Notes: generated by a model from the sequence alone, not told the origin. Shown: positions 8,684 to 19,785, numbered from the whole stretch's first letter. The stretch is 63,840 bases of DNA, filler included, from 14 parts of 14 records of this genome joined end to end with filler, not necessarily neighbours in it; one strand, 5' to 3'. Made by a program: numbers and translations.

Positions 8684-11427
8684 TCAACTGTCCTCAAACA
8701 GCCAGCCCATCTCATTCTTGCACTTGGTGCGCTCCAGGATAACTGCAACCTCCTCGGCTGTCCGGTCATCCTCGTGCAGTGTCTGCATGCCAGTCATCCC
8801 CACTTCGCTGTAAACCTGCTTGGCTTTATCCATATCGGCCAGGGTGGCCAGCTGATCAAAAGTCCAAACAAACAGCTTGGGGGCATGCGAGGTGCCCATC
8901 ACTGCGCCCAGCAGCCCCTCGACCGCTTGTGGCTGCATCGTGTCGGCCGCCAGCAGCTGGCCCATTGTGTTGGCCACATGCTGGCCAAACTTGGGCACAT
9001 CCATCACCAGATCAGGCAATTGCTCGACCAGCGACTCCAGCCCGGCCGCCATCTGGGCCTTAGTGAGCACCTCGGCTGTGCACAGATAGCTGAGCAGCTT
9101 GTCCGTCTTGGCCCGCTCGTTCTCCTTCTTCTCCATCACGTGGAGAGCAGCCACGGTCCCAAACGTGCTGAGCAGCTCGTCGCCAGCCTCGAGCTCCTTG
9201 ACACATTCGGCAGCCTCCGTCTCGTCACTGCTCGCAAGGTATTCGTCTATCAGAGACCCGACCTTCTTCTCGAACAGCGCTGCGTCCATTTCGCTGCTGG
9301 CAGGCTGCTGGACAGGCGATGCTTCCTCCGACTGCGGCTCTTCCTCTTCCTCCTCGTCCTCATCCTCATCCTCGTCCTCGTCCTCGTCCTCGATCATTCC
9401 CATCGCTGCAAACGCGTTGAAGGACGACGACGGCTTAGGCTTCTTGGACTCAGCAGGCTTGCCAGCATTGGGCGGCGGAACTGGCGGGCGTGGCTCGCCG
9501 CGGCCTTTACCCTTCCTATTCCGATCGTTCTTGCCCTGCTGCTGCCACTGCTGCTGAGGCCCCTTGCTACGCCGGCCCTGCACTTCCCACTCGTCCGCTG
9601 GCTCGTTCTTGCCAGGCTTGGCAGGCTTCTTGCCGGCCACTGCCCAGCCATCATCCTGCGCATTGTTGGCGCTCTTGTTCCCTTTGCTCTTCGGCTGAGC
9701 CCGGGCATCCTGGGTGTTTGGCTGAGCCCGGCCACCATCGCCTCGCCGCGCCTTCCGGGCTGCGGCCTGGTGCGGGTTTTCCTGCTTCTGTTGGTGGACC
9801 TGGGCGAGCGTAGTGGGCGCATCCTGCTGGTTCCGTGACACCCAGCGCGACTCGCGCAGCTCGAACAAGTCCTGGATCATGAACCGTGTCCGCGACTGCA
9901 GCATGTGCTTGCTGGGGCTGTCCTCCTGCTTGGCTTCCTTGAACATTTTGAGCCTAGAAAAACACATGTCCAGCTGCGGCTTAGCCTGGGGAGCCCAGTC
10001 AACCGCTGCCGAGCAGAGCTGTGGCCACCTTTGGCGATTGACTCAACTCGGCCCCAATCGTGGTGATCAGATTGCACAAGGCCTCGATGTCCTAAAAGCC
10101 ACAGCTTAGTCTGGCCTCTGCCCGCGACCGTGACCTCCTCGTCTGGCTCGTTAGCCTTGACTAGATTGTGTATACAAATGTACATAATCTTGTCCATAAG
10201 CATCCGCTTGAGGTACAGTTCCCCAATGAACTTGATATTACCCAGCATGCGGCGCTTGACCTGCCCCAAGCCGCTCGCCCGATCCCCAGCCGTCCGCCCA
10301 CCTTGCTTCGGAGCAATTCGTCCTCGATATCGGCCAGCTGGGCCTCCTTCTCGAACTCCTGCTGGCACTTGTTGAGCAGCAGCCGCCGGAAGTTCGCATC
10401 CTGCCCCTCCTCCACCTCTTTTTCATACTCCTGCCCCAGGCCACCCAGTCAGTTGAGCCTCGCTCGATTGGGACCTGCCAGAGCCTGGCACACAGCGTGG
10501 CGTACAGAGGGCAGAAGGCGGGCTCCATCAGGGCCTTGTCGAATATGCAGTCGATCACACCGACCAGTCCGTTTTCGACGTCATGTATCTGCAGCTCAAG
10601 CAACTGCAGACAGTCGTCAGGCTGAGCTCAGCTGGACAGGTCGCCTGGTTGAAAAGAGTCTCGAACTTCTCCGGCGTGATCTTGTTCAGGATCACCAGCA
10701 TCTTGGCCTTGAGCTCTTCCAGCTCCTCCCTCTTCTCTGCCTTCTTCCATCTAACCGCAGCTCAGTGGTACAGGCGCCCCGGAATCGCACCTGTTCTCTG
10801 TGACTTCAAGCGGCGCGACAGGCCCAGTGAACGCCGGCGCTGGGTCTCTGCTGCGCCCTCGACGCTGGCCGCCGCCCTTCCCCTTGCGATCTCGAGAGTT
10901 GCGGTCCCGCCCTCCCTTCTGCCCACCCAACGAGTGAGCAGCTGCGTCGACAGGAGCAGCCAAGACTCTAGGCGGCCGACGACATACAGGCAAGCCACGC
11001 ACCCCGCCTCTCCCGCCCTCGCGTTTACCTCCAGCTCTGCCCTGCAACCACACCGGCATTACACCCAGAGCACTGCGACCCCGCACCCCCTGAGCGCTGA
11101 CCACGCCCTCGCATCCATGGACAATCTCGAGTTGCGGCAAGCCGGCCGCCGGGGGCTGAGAAAAGTGCTGCCACCCACATCTCGCTCAGAGCGCGCCGAC
11201 CGGCCGGCGCACCTTTTGAAACTGCATAAGAAAGTTGCGAGAGTACTTGCCCGGTTCGGGGGCAGGCTGCCGCACACACGGCCAGTCAGCAGCAGCGGGG
11301 GCTCGACGCGAGCAGCACAGCGGGGGGCAGGAGCCCGGCGCACCTCTGGGGCGGCATCGGCCACGCCGTTTGCCTCTGCGTCGCAGGCCTGCGGCTCGGT
11401 GGCCGGTGCGGCCACTTCTGCGGCCAT
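8684..11427 (-). CDS. EIF4G: Translation initiation factor eIF4G (4E-binding motif, MIF4G, MA3), multi-intron
   Basis: YSRNFLMQF (YxxxxL-phi) near the N-terminus; ILNKITPEKFE, IFDKALMEPAFCPLYATLC, FRRLLLNKCQQEFE, RRMLGNIKFIGELY, RTRFMIQDLFELRESRW; MA3 LIDEYLASSDETEAAECVKEL. Confidence 0.93.
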
Positions 11428-11883
11428 GACGCGTGCGACTGTGAGTGGTGCTGGGGTGTGTGTCTCCTGCGACCGCACATGATCGGCCGAGCCCAACGCG
11501 GGCGGGCAGGCACCTCGGGGCCTGAAGAGCGCAAAGAGCTGCTCCGGCTGTGGCTGACGAGGGGTGCAGCTGTCGGTCGAACGGAACCTTTCAAAAATAA
11601 AATAAAAAGATTAAAAACCCTCGCTCAGCCCACACTGACACAATCAGCAGACACTGCGACGGACACTACTGCGACACTGAGAGTCGCGTGAGTCGCCCAA
11701 CAATGGCAACACACGTATAGATTGGATTCAAGGTTCCTAGATATCGTATATATTGTTTAGATCATATATGTGAGTTCAATCAGTAATGCAATTCCCTAAA
11801 TTTATTCTTTACCTTAAGCTTAGATCAATGCATCTGCGCTTTCAGTCTGCTCTTTGTATAAAGGCCGGAGCTCTCGCTGATCA

Positions 11884-12479
11884 TCAAGCTGCGGTGCCGA
11901 AGAGCGCCTGCATGGCCCGCAGCTCGGTGCGAAGGTCGTACTCGCCCTTTGGCTTGGCCAGGCTCGGATCGGCCTGCCGCAGCTCCTCCTCCTGCGCCTT
12001 AATCTTCTGCACCTCCTTATCCAGATCCAGCAGCACCGATGCCGGCTCGGTATCTTTAGCCAGCGCCACGGGTGTCTCCAACCGCGGCTCGGTGTGTCCC
12101 AGCGCAGGCTCGGTCGCGCAGCCCTCAGGGGTTCGCATCGGGCTCTCCACGATTGCCCCCGGCGACTCGCCTGGTGACTGGACCACGCTCTTCTCGCCAG
12201 GCGCGAGCGGGCTCCGCTGGATCTCGATCTCGGCGATCTTCTGGGCGTGGGCGTCGCTGATGGCCCGCCATTTGGTAGCCTCCTCGGCGGCCTGCTCAAG
12301 CATCTGGCGCGCTGCCACCAGCTCTTGCCGCAGCGACTCGTTAAGCGCCAACATCTCACTCACCTCTTCGCTCAGCCGGGCCACCTCACCATGGTACGGC
12401 TCCGCCGGGGCCGAGGACTGATGCCGCCGGCCGCGCTCTGCCCTGAGCATCTCTTCGAGACTGGCCACCTTGTCTGCCT
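11884..12479 (-). CDS. Hypothetical coiled-coil protein, 3' part
   Basis: 194-aa ORF open to the contig end, with GC-rich codon usage and a heptad pattern. Confidence 0.55.
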
Positions 12480-12579
12480 NNNNNNNNNNNNNNNNNNNNN
12501 NNNNNNNNNNNNNNNNNNNNNNNTTAATTAATTAANNNNNNNNNNNNNNNNNNNNNNNNNNNNNNNNNNNNNNNNNNNN

Positions 12580-12847
12580 GTGGTTCTATGTCAGCAACGC
12601 CGAGCTCATATCGGGGTCATTGATCATATACGTTGGTGCTCCTATAAGCTTGATTGGTGGGGCTGGTGTCAGTTGGGCAATTCATTGGCGGCGACTCTCG
12701 GAGTCGCGATGTTGCCAAGCTGCATACGTCCCAAAGGCCGATCTAGCTATTCGACTACTTGAACAACGCGAGACCCATGATGGTAGCTCCGACAATTACG
12801 TTCTATTTGAAGAAGAAACAAATGCTCAAATGACATGCTTTCATTGA
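12580..12847 (+). CDS. 3' fragment of a membrane protein
   Basis: Open frame WFYVSNAELISGSLIIYVGAPISLIGGAGVSWAIHWRR... ending in TGA at 12847. Confidence 0.4.
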
Positions 12848-12995
12848 AATCTTCTGGAAAAGTTCCCACACAATCATAATTGTCCCGGGCGGCATATGAA
12901 ATCGTAGTGCATCCTTTAAAAGTAGTTAAGAAGTAGTACGCTTACATGACTATAGTAGTTCAAATTAGACTACTTGATAGTACATGTAAACTGAA

Positions 12996-15251
12996 TTAGA
13001 CGACCAATACTACTACCACTCTGATAGGCCGTGCTTGGAGGCCAAGAGGACCAGGCCGGAGCCACAACACTGTTTCAAGCTGTTCGTTCGTGCTTTGAAA
13101 CAGATCACTTGGCAAAGAGATTAATACCTCCCCTGAGCCCGTCAGATCATTGTACTGAAGACTTGCAGACACACCAGCCCCCTGAACTAGCACGCTGGCA
13201 TTCGCCCAGTCCTGTGGCTTAATTGGTGGATAGACGGGCACCGCTACACTATCTCCGGGCGCCAAGTACAGCACCCTGTCGGTCAATTGCCAGCTCGCCT
13301 CAATCTCGTCGGGGCGCGCTGCGGTGACCGAGCCGTATATCGGTGCCAGCATTGCAGCCTCAAATGCCAGCCCTGCACCATATATCTCTTGGCCGATGCT
13401 CCCGAGTTTGATTAGCGAATCCAGCCGCCTGTAGGGCTGATCCCCAGTCCACGGCGATGAGCCAACATGCGAGACAGAACCCCAGTAGTCCTCTACAGGC
13501 ACGGCAACATCAAAGTCGTTCGTAAAATTGAATGGATCCGTGCCAGACTTTGTACCGGCTGGGCCGGCCGGGCGAGCTATCCGAGACATGGCAAAGGCAG
13601 GAAGCTTGTCTGGGTAGGCGAATCGAGAGTAGCCCAGCGCATATTTGATCACGGTCTTGAGGGTGTCTGTTACGTGGGCGGGTAGCTGGAATTTAGCAGG
13701 AAGCTGAGTAGAGGTCTGCAGAATCCGGTGGAGGTACAGCAGCGTGTGATGGGTCTCGAAAGCGGCCGAATATGCCGACCGCATCGCACTGACCTGCATG
13801 AATGTCGGCACCGCATCTCTGTATCCACTCTGGGCCTGATAGGTGCCGATACTTGGGATTGTGTAAGCTAGTGGCTGGAGAGCTTCTCGGGCATAGAAAG
13901 GATTGCCGGTGATGTTACTCAACTCCAGCAGCGCGAGGGCACCCCATTCTAAAAAGGGCCGTTCATACAGGTCAAAGAACTCTCCTCGGTGCAGCGCCCC
14001 AGGCTGGTCATGCGCGGCCAGTGCCTCAGTCAAGTAGGTCGAGTTGCTAGTGAGCGCATAGCACCGGAGCATCAGATACATATAGCCGTACACATCCGAC
14101 CGCTCCTCGCCTGCGACGCCTGCAGGCTGCAACGTGACTGGATTGTATTGCACTGGCCAGACGTAATGCAGCTTGCGCGCCAGGCGTATGACATGATCAA
14201 CGCTCTTGAGAAGGAGTTCAGCAGCCCATGGCTCCCCACGGCATGCGAATTCAGCAAGCTTGACTAGAGGGTTGAGGACGTACCAGCCATCAAGAACCGT
14301 CGCATTGGTCATCACGCTCGATCCGGGCGAGTCGGCGATGCAGCCTATCTCTGGGTGGTAGAAGCTTACCTTTTTAATACTCTGCAGCAGCGAGGTGTAC
14401 AACCGACTGCTTGCATTAAACCGACTGAGTGGCTCCATCACATCGAGCTGCGTCACCAACTCACCCGACGCCCTGTTGTCGTTAAAATACGACCGGAGCA
14501 GCCGGTGCCCTTCGAATACGACTTGCGCCCCGTCGGATTGCAGATCCAGCTCGGATTTGGCCGCCAGCGTTGCCCAATCGTCCACAGGCAGCTGTCGCTC
14601 AGGAGCTACAAGAGGCAGCAGGCTCGCATACAGCTCCAGAAAGAGCTCGGCGCGCTCGGTCGGGCCATTTGGCACCACGCCGTGCTTCCAGAGCAGCAAG
14701 GCGTCTGAGACAGTGAGTTCCTCGAGTAGTGTGAAGTTGGTGGCCGCAGGCAGCGGCGGCAGCCAGCCCAGGCTCGTGGTGTTGGCTACAGTGCACGGGG
14801 AGACCCCGGGGGCACCCGTCGTCCAGTGGCTGCAGTCCGCGGGGAAAGCCGGCTGGATTGTCTGCTCCCAGGTTGGAATCGGGCACCCGTCCAGGTAAGC
14901 ACCGGACGCATTGAGTCGTTGGGTGTAAAGGAAGGACGAGCCGCCCACCGCGCCGTACACGATCGGCGCACCGCTCAGGCTCCAGCTGTTCCACGCGGGC
15001 GAGAAGAACAGCGTGACCTCGGAAGGAGCCAGCCGCAGGTCTGGCTGGCGTGCCGAGCCGGGGCCCACCCGGGTGCCCGCCGGCAGTGTGCACCTGTGCC
15101 AGCCGACCGAGAGCTCGCCCGGACCGCCCGGCGAGAGCGGCGTGCCCGAGCACTGGGCCCCAGGGAAGGGCGGCTGCCAGGCCGGGGGCAGCGCTGCGGC
15201 GACCCCGATCGCGAGCGCAACCAGCACCGGGTTGACCAGCAGCACAACCAT
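12996..15251 (-). CDS. Secreted protein with bacterial-like alpha/alpha-toroid (six-hairpin glycosidase-like) core, intronless
   Basis: Signal peptide MVVLLVNPVLVALAIGVAAA; about 750 aa uninterrupted; DGWYVLNPLVKLA...SVDHVIRLARKLHYVWPVQY, TYLTEA, VPVED, GSIGQEIYGAG resemble an uncharacterised bacterial family (from memory). Confidence 0.65.
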   Translation of the reverse strand: MVVLLVNPVLVALAIGVAAALPPAWQPPFPGAQCSGTPLSPGGPGELSVGWHRCTLPAGTRVGPGSARQPDLRLAPSEVTLFFSPAWNSWSLSGAPIVYGAVGGSSFLYTQRLNASGAYLDGCPIPTWEQTIQPAFPADCSHWTTGAPGVSPCTVANTTSLGWLPPLPAATNFTLLEELTVSDALLLWKHGVVPNGPTERAELFLELYASLLPLVAPERQLPVDDWATLAAKSELDLQSDGAQVVFEGHRLLRSYFNDNRASGELVTQLDVMEPLSRFNASSRLYTSLLQSIKKVSFYHPEIGCIADSPGSSVMTNATVLDGWYVLNPLVKLAEFACRGEPWAAELLLKSVDHVIRLARKLHYVWPVQYNPVTLQPAGVAGEERSDVYGYMYLMLRCYALTSNSTYLTEALAAHDQPGALHRGEFFDLYERPFLEWGALALLELSNITGNPFYAREALQPLAYTIPSIGTYQAQSGYRDAVPTFMQVSAMRSAYSAAFETHHTLLYLHRILQTSTQLPAKFQLPAHVTDTLKTVIKYALGYSRFAYPDKLPAFAMSRIARPAGPAGTKSGTDPFNFTNDFDVAVPVEDYWGSVSHVGSSPWTGDQPYRRLDSLIKLGSIGQEIYGAGLAFEAAMLAPIYGSVTAARPDEIEASWQLTDRVLYLAPGDSVAVPVYPPIKPQDWANASVLVQGAGVSASLQYNDLTGSGEVLISLPSDLFQSTNEQLETVLWLRPGPLGLQARPIRVVVVLVV

Positions 15252-15285
15252 CTTCGGAGCAACCGAACGGACTTGGACTTGCACC

Positions 15286-16629
15286 ATGCTCGGGGCAGGT
15301 GGGAGGCGTCTGTTCAGCAGTGGAGTGGCGGGCAAGCAGACGCTCGAGCAGCTGGCTGGGAGTCTCCAGCCGGGCACCAGCGTGCTGGTCCGGCTGGACC
15401 TCAACGTGCCTTTCTCCAAGAGCGACCCGACCAAGATCAGCGACGACGCCCGGCTACGGGCGGTCCTGCCCACTCTAGAGCTGCTCCGGGCGCACAATCT
15501 CAAGACGGTGGTGGCCACCCACTGCGGCCGACCCAAGGGCGCCCCAGACCCGGCCTTGTCCGTCCACAGAGTGGCCCCGCGCCTGGCTGAGCTCACCGGC
15601 GCGAAAGTGCGGACTGCCGCAGACTGTGTGGGGGCCGAGGCGCGCGCCGCGGCGAGTGCGCTAGGGGCCGGGGAAGTGCTGCTGCTGGAGAACGTCCGGT
15701 TTCATCCCGGCGAGACCAAAAACGACCCACAGTTTGCAGCCCAGCTGGCGGCCGACTCCATGGCGACAGTGTATGTGAACGACGCGTTCGGGACGGCGCA
15801 TAGGGCGCACGGGTCGACGGTGGGTGTGACTGAGCACATGGCGCACAGCGTGGCCGGGCTGCTGATGGCCAAGGAGCTGCAGTACCTGATGGCCGCCATC
15901 GAGCAGCCTGTCCGGCCTATGGTCGCGATCATAGGCGGTGCCAAGGTGTCTACCAAGTTGCCTGTGATCCAGTCGCTGCTGCGCAAGTGCGACGCGGTGG
16001 TGCTCGGGGGTGGGATGATCGGCACCTTCCTGCAGGCCTCCGGCCGCTCGCCAGGGGCCACGTTGGTGGAGCCTGATCTTGTACCAATGGCTGCTGAGCT
16101 GATGGAATCCGCGCAAGCGATGGGCAAGCAGCTGATCATCCCAACGGACGTCGTGATTGCCGACCAGTTCACAGCAGAGGCCAGCAGCAGAGTAGTCTCG
16201 GCGGATGCGGTCCCCGACGGCTGGATGGCCCTAGATCTCGGCCCGTCGTCGCTCGAGTAAGGCGCTCTTTATGTAGCGGGACTCACTGTGCTGTCCAGGG
16301 CGATAGATCGACTGCTCAGCACGGCCAGCACGGTGGTCTGGAACGGGCCGCTCGGGGTGTTTGAATTCGAGCAGTTTGCAGTCGGCACTCGGCACGTGGC
16401 TAAGGTGCTCGCGGCACAGACGGCCGAGAGGGCCGCGACTACCATAATTGGTGGAGGCGACTCGGTCGCTGCCATCAACCAAGGAGGGTTCGCAGACCAG
16501 GTTAGCGGGGAGGGGGCTTGTTTGAGCCCGGGGCAGGTGTCGCACTTGTCGACAGGCGGGGGGGCGGCGCTGGAGATGCTCGAAGGCAAGGTGCTCCCTG
16601 GGGTGGCGGCACTCGACAACCAACTCTAA
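15286..16629 (+). CDS. PGK: Phosphoglycerate kinase with N-terminal presequence, 2 introns (16257-16298, 16501-16536)
   Basis: [60 protein letters not shown]. Confidence 0.96.
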
Positions 16630-16814
16630 CAATCTCGACTTAGTCTATATAACCCGGAGCATTGGTACTGTGGGAAGCCGGTGGGCTGCAACAGCATACT
16701 CGTAGCAATAGTTGTCTTTTAACGACATGCGTGCTCTCATAATTATCTAGAGCAGCCGTGAATATATAAAAATGATATGAAAATAATGTACAAACTGCAC
16801 CAGCCCGGTTTGAG

Positions 16815-18712
16815 CTAGGCTGCCACAGTGAGGTCGTCATCGAGCTCCTCCGTCAAGTCCTCCTCGTCGTCGAGCTCCTTTATGAACAGCCCTAGGTTCT
16901 GCATGTTGAGCTCGCAACGCTCCAATTCGCTCATCTGCTCAGTCCTCGCCCTCCGAATATAAGCAAACTTCCACCTGCCCACCCATCAGTCCTGCACTGA
17001 ACACTCAGTCACCCGAGCTGCCGCTCCACTCTGTTGAGACTGATCGCGCCCCAGCGCATCTCGTTGAGCAGCTGCCACATGTAGGGCGTCTCCACCAGCA
17101 CATGCAGCTCTCGACACGAGCTCGCCGCCGTTGCCATCGCCACAGCCCCCGCGGTAAGCAGTGTGCGCGCCACCAGCTCCTCAGGCAGCGCCGAAAGCAG
17201 CTGCGCCTGCTGGTGGTGCGGCACCGCTTTGAATGGAGTGCCGGCCCGATCGGCCCTGTCGACAGTCAGGGTTGCCGCTAGTAAAGGCTAGTGAAGGCTC
17301 ACATGAGTCGAAGCTGAGACACGACGTGCTGCTGCCACTCGGAGCCGCTGCCAGAGCAGTTGCGTTGCCAGGCAAGATCCGCCCGGTGCCACAATTTGAG
17401 CGACTCTCCTCCAATCTGCGCCGCCCGCTCCCTCACCTGCTCCCAACAGTCACTGCAAACAGCCCGCTGATAGCTGCCACCGATCGGGACTTGCGCAGCC
17501 AGCTCCCAAAGTTCCTTTGGAGCTCGGCGGCCTTCCACCGGGCCTGGGCCAGCACTGGGGCCGCCTGGGCCCTCCGCTCCATCTGCTGCATCCGAAGCTT
17601 TCCAATCACCTGCACCCGCTCCGACAGGCTCGGCTGCTCACCCACCGTCTTTTTGGCCTGTCGGTGCCAGAATTTGGCCTCGGCGGTGCGGTGATTCTCA
17701 GTGTCCTGCACTTTGCGCTGCTTCTCGTTCCGCCATCGGAGCATCGTCCGGTCTACGGAGCTTTGATCCCACCCATGCAAGCTGCCCTCACCACTCAGAT
17801 AGCACCTCACCACACAGCCTACCAGCTCTTGGCGTCGCCCTGCAGCGCTTGCAGCGCGGCTAGCAGCTGCTGCTGGGTGAAGTGGGAGGCGCCGCACGCC
17901 AGTTTCCGGTGCCTTCGCTCCCTCATCGCTCTGAACGCTGCCTTTGGAGTGCTGATCTTGCCCTCTGGCTCCTGCTCAGGCTGACGCCAGCACCGCCAGG
18001 CTGTCAGCAGCCCCGAGTGGCACACGCGCGGCTGGTCGGCCGGCGGCGGGCTGGCTGCGGGTGTGATCAGCCCCTCCGACTCTTCGGGCCCTCCAGCGCT
18101 GGCTGGGCCCTCCGACCCTTCAAGACTGAGGTCGACCGGCTCGATCGCGTCCTCGATCGGCACCGGCTGGTCCTGCCCGCGGTCAGTCCCCAACAGCCAG
18201 GCCGGCACCTGGGCCGCCGCCCGGCAAAGCGCGATCTGATGCCGGACTTCGGCTTGGAAGCCCTCGCGCATCAGGCGGTGCCGCTGGCGCCACTCTGGGC
18301 AAGGCTCGGGCGAGGCCTCGAGTACCAGCAGTTCGTGCTCATCCAGCTCGTCGTAGTGCGCCCGCAGCCGCCGGATCCCCGCCAGCTCTCTGGGGCTCCG
18401 CTCGACCGGGCTGTCCGGCTCCGCGTCGGAGCCATCTGGGAGCGGATCGGCCGAGCGCTGGGCGGGGATGCGCAGCCGGTTGCCGGCCCGATGGACACGG
18501 CGGGCGTAGCTCTGCTGGGCGGGGAAGACGCTGTGGTTGATGAGGCGGTACCGGGCTTGGAGGCCCAGAATCTCGTTGTCGACCGCCTCGATCTGGCGGC
18601 GCATAGCCGGGCGCTGGGCCTGCGGAGAGGCGAGCAGCTGGTGCTGAAGCTGGTGCCGCTCCGCGCTCTTGGCCTCCAGCTCGGCCTCGAGCGCCTGCGT
18701 GTCCTCTTGCAT
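16815..18712 (-). CDS. Coiled-coil protein with C-terminal F-box, multi-intron
   Basis: The ORFs at 17819, 17433, 17299 and 17009 join in frame through short GT-AG introns; LSALPEELVARTL...AASSCRELHVLVETPYMWQLL...WKFAY is F-box-like. Confidence 0.6.
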
Positions 18713-18822
18713 CGCGATCACCGTGCAAGTACCATGCAAGGCCGAGCGTGAAATCATATTTGTGAATAAAATTCTGAGCAAAAGAAATAAAAAACGTGCA
18801 CCCAGCGCCCGTCCACCAGCTC

Positions 18823-19785
18823 ATGGCTAACCCGTGTGCGCCCAGGTGCCTGACGGGCGAAAAGTACGACCGGATAGAGGAAGGCCAGTCGATCGTGGAC
18901 TATGACCGGACCTTCCAGTCCCCCAGCTACACCGGCGGCTCCTCCACCTACCACGACAACTCCATCCCCCCGGCCCAGCAGACCGAGCCGGAGCCCCAGC
19001 CGCTCCCGTCCGTGGCCCCCTCCGGCGGCCGGGCCGAACCGAGCTACGACCCGAATATCCTGGTGGCCTGCTGCCCCAACAAGACCGGCTTTGGGATCAA
19101 CTGCCTGCTAGTGGCCGCGCTCTGCACAGCCGAAGCCGGGGCCTCTCTGGGCATCAGCAGCCTGCTCCTGCTCTGTGATGCCTTCCGCCGGCTGAGCTGC
19201 GTGCTCCTGCTCGTGTGGGGGATGGAGGGCCCCGATCTGGTGGCTCAGACCGCCAACGCCGCCCGGTCCGGCACAGATACCCGCGCGATCGCGCACCGAG
19301 GTCAGCTGCTGGCCCGAGGGTTCGTGGGGATATATCTGCTCGGCACCAGCTTCTTCTTCGCCACGGCCGCACTGGCCCGGATGTACGGACACGACCCGCC
19401 CGATATGGTCCAGCCCGGCTGGCTGCTGCTGATCGGCACCGTCGGGCTCTCTTTCGACGTGCTGCATGCATTCATCGGGGTGAAGCACAGCATCTACAAC
19501 GACGCGGTGGGGATCAACAGGACGTGCTGGATGGTCGGGCACGTGTACGGCTCGCTGTTTGTGTTGCTCGAAGGATTCCTTGGGGCCTGCGGTGTCGGCC
19601 CGTATCTGGACCCGATCGGTGCATTGCTGTATGCTGGCTGTATCGCGGGAGCCAACATGCTGCCGATGAGGCAAGTTTCGGCCGACCTGTACTCTATCGT
19701 GGTGGGCGTCGAGGTGTGGGAGTTGTCTGAGTGGTGTCCTGACTGCTGCGGTAACAGGTGTGGGGCGACTTGTGAGCTTCATTAG
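18823..19785 (+). CDS. Cation diffusion facilitator (ZnT/MTP)-like membrane protein, degenerate metal site
   Basis: Six hydrophobic segments; AEAGASLGISSLLLLCDAFRRLSC aligns to the CDF TM1-2 signature, and GHVYGS...YLDPIGA aligns to TM5-6. Confidence 0.6.
   Translation: MANPCAPRCLTGEKYDRIEEGQSIVDYDRTFQSPSYTGGSSTYHDNSIPPAQQTEPEPQPLPSVAPSGGRAEPSYDPNILVACCPNKTGFGINCLLVAALCTAEAGASLGISSLLLLCDAFRRLSCVLLLVWGMEGPDLVAQTANAARSGTDTRAIAHRGQLLARGFVGIYLLGTSFFFATAALARMYGHDPPDMVQPGWLLLIGTVGLSFDVLHAFIGVKHSIYNDAVGINRTCWMVGHVYGSLFVLLEGFLGACGVGPYLDPIGALLYAGCIAGANMLPMRQVSADLYSIVVGVEVWELSEWCPDCCGNRCGATCELH

Noticed and set aside
9340-9392. (TCCTCG/TCCTCA)n microsatellite
   Set aside because: Encodes the ordinary acidic D/E linker of eIF4G
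15013-15596. Apparent 580-nt overlap of the PGK ORF and the 866-aa minus-strand ORF
   Set aside because: Caused by the ORF caller using upstream GTG/TTG starts; plausible ATGs (15251 and 15286) do not overlap
16258-16260. In-frame TAA in PGK, and similar stops or frameshifts in other genes, suggesting pseudogenes or a variant genetic code
   Set aside because: All examined cases fall inside short introns; TAA, TAG and TGA are each used as genuine terminators
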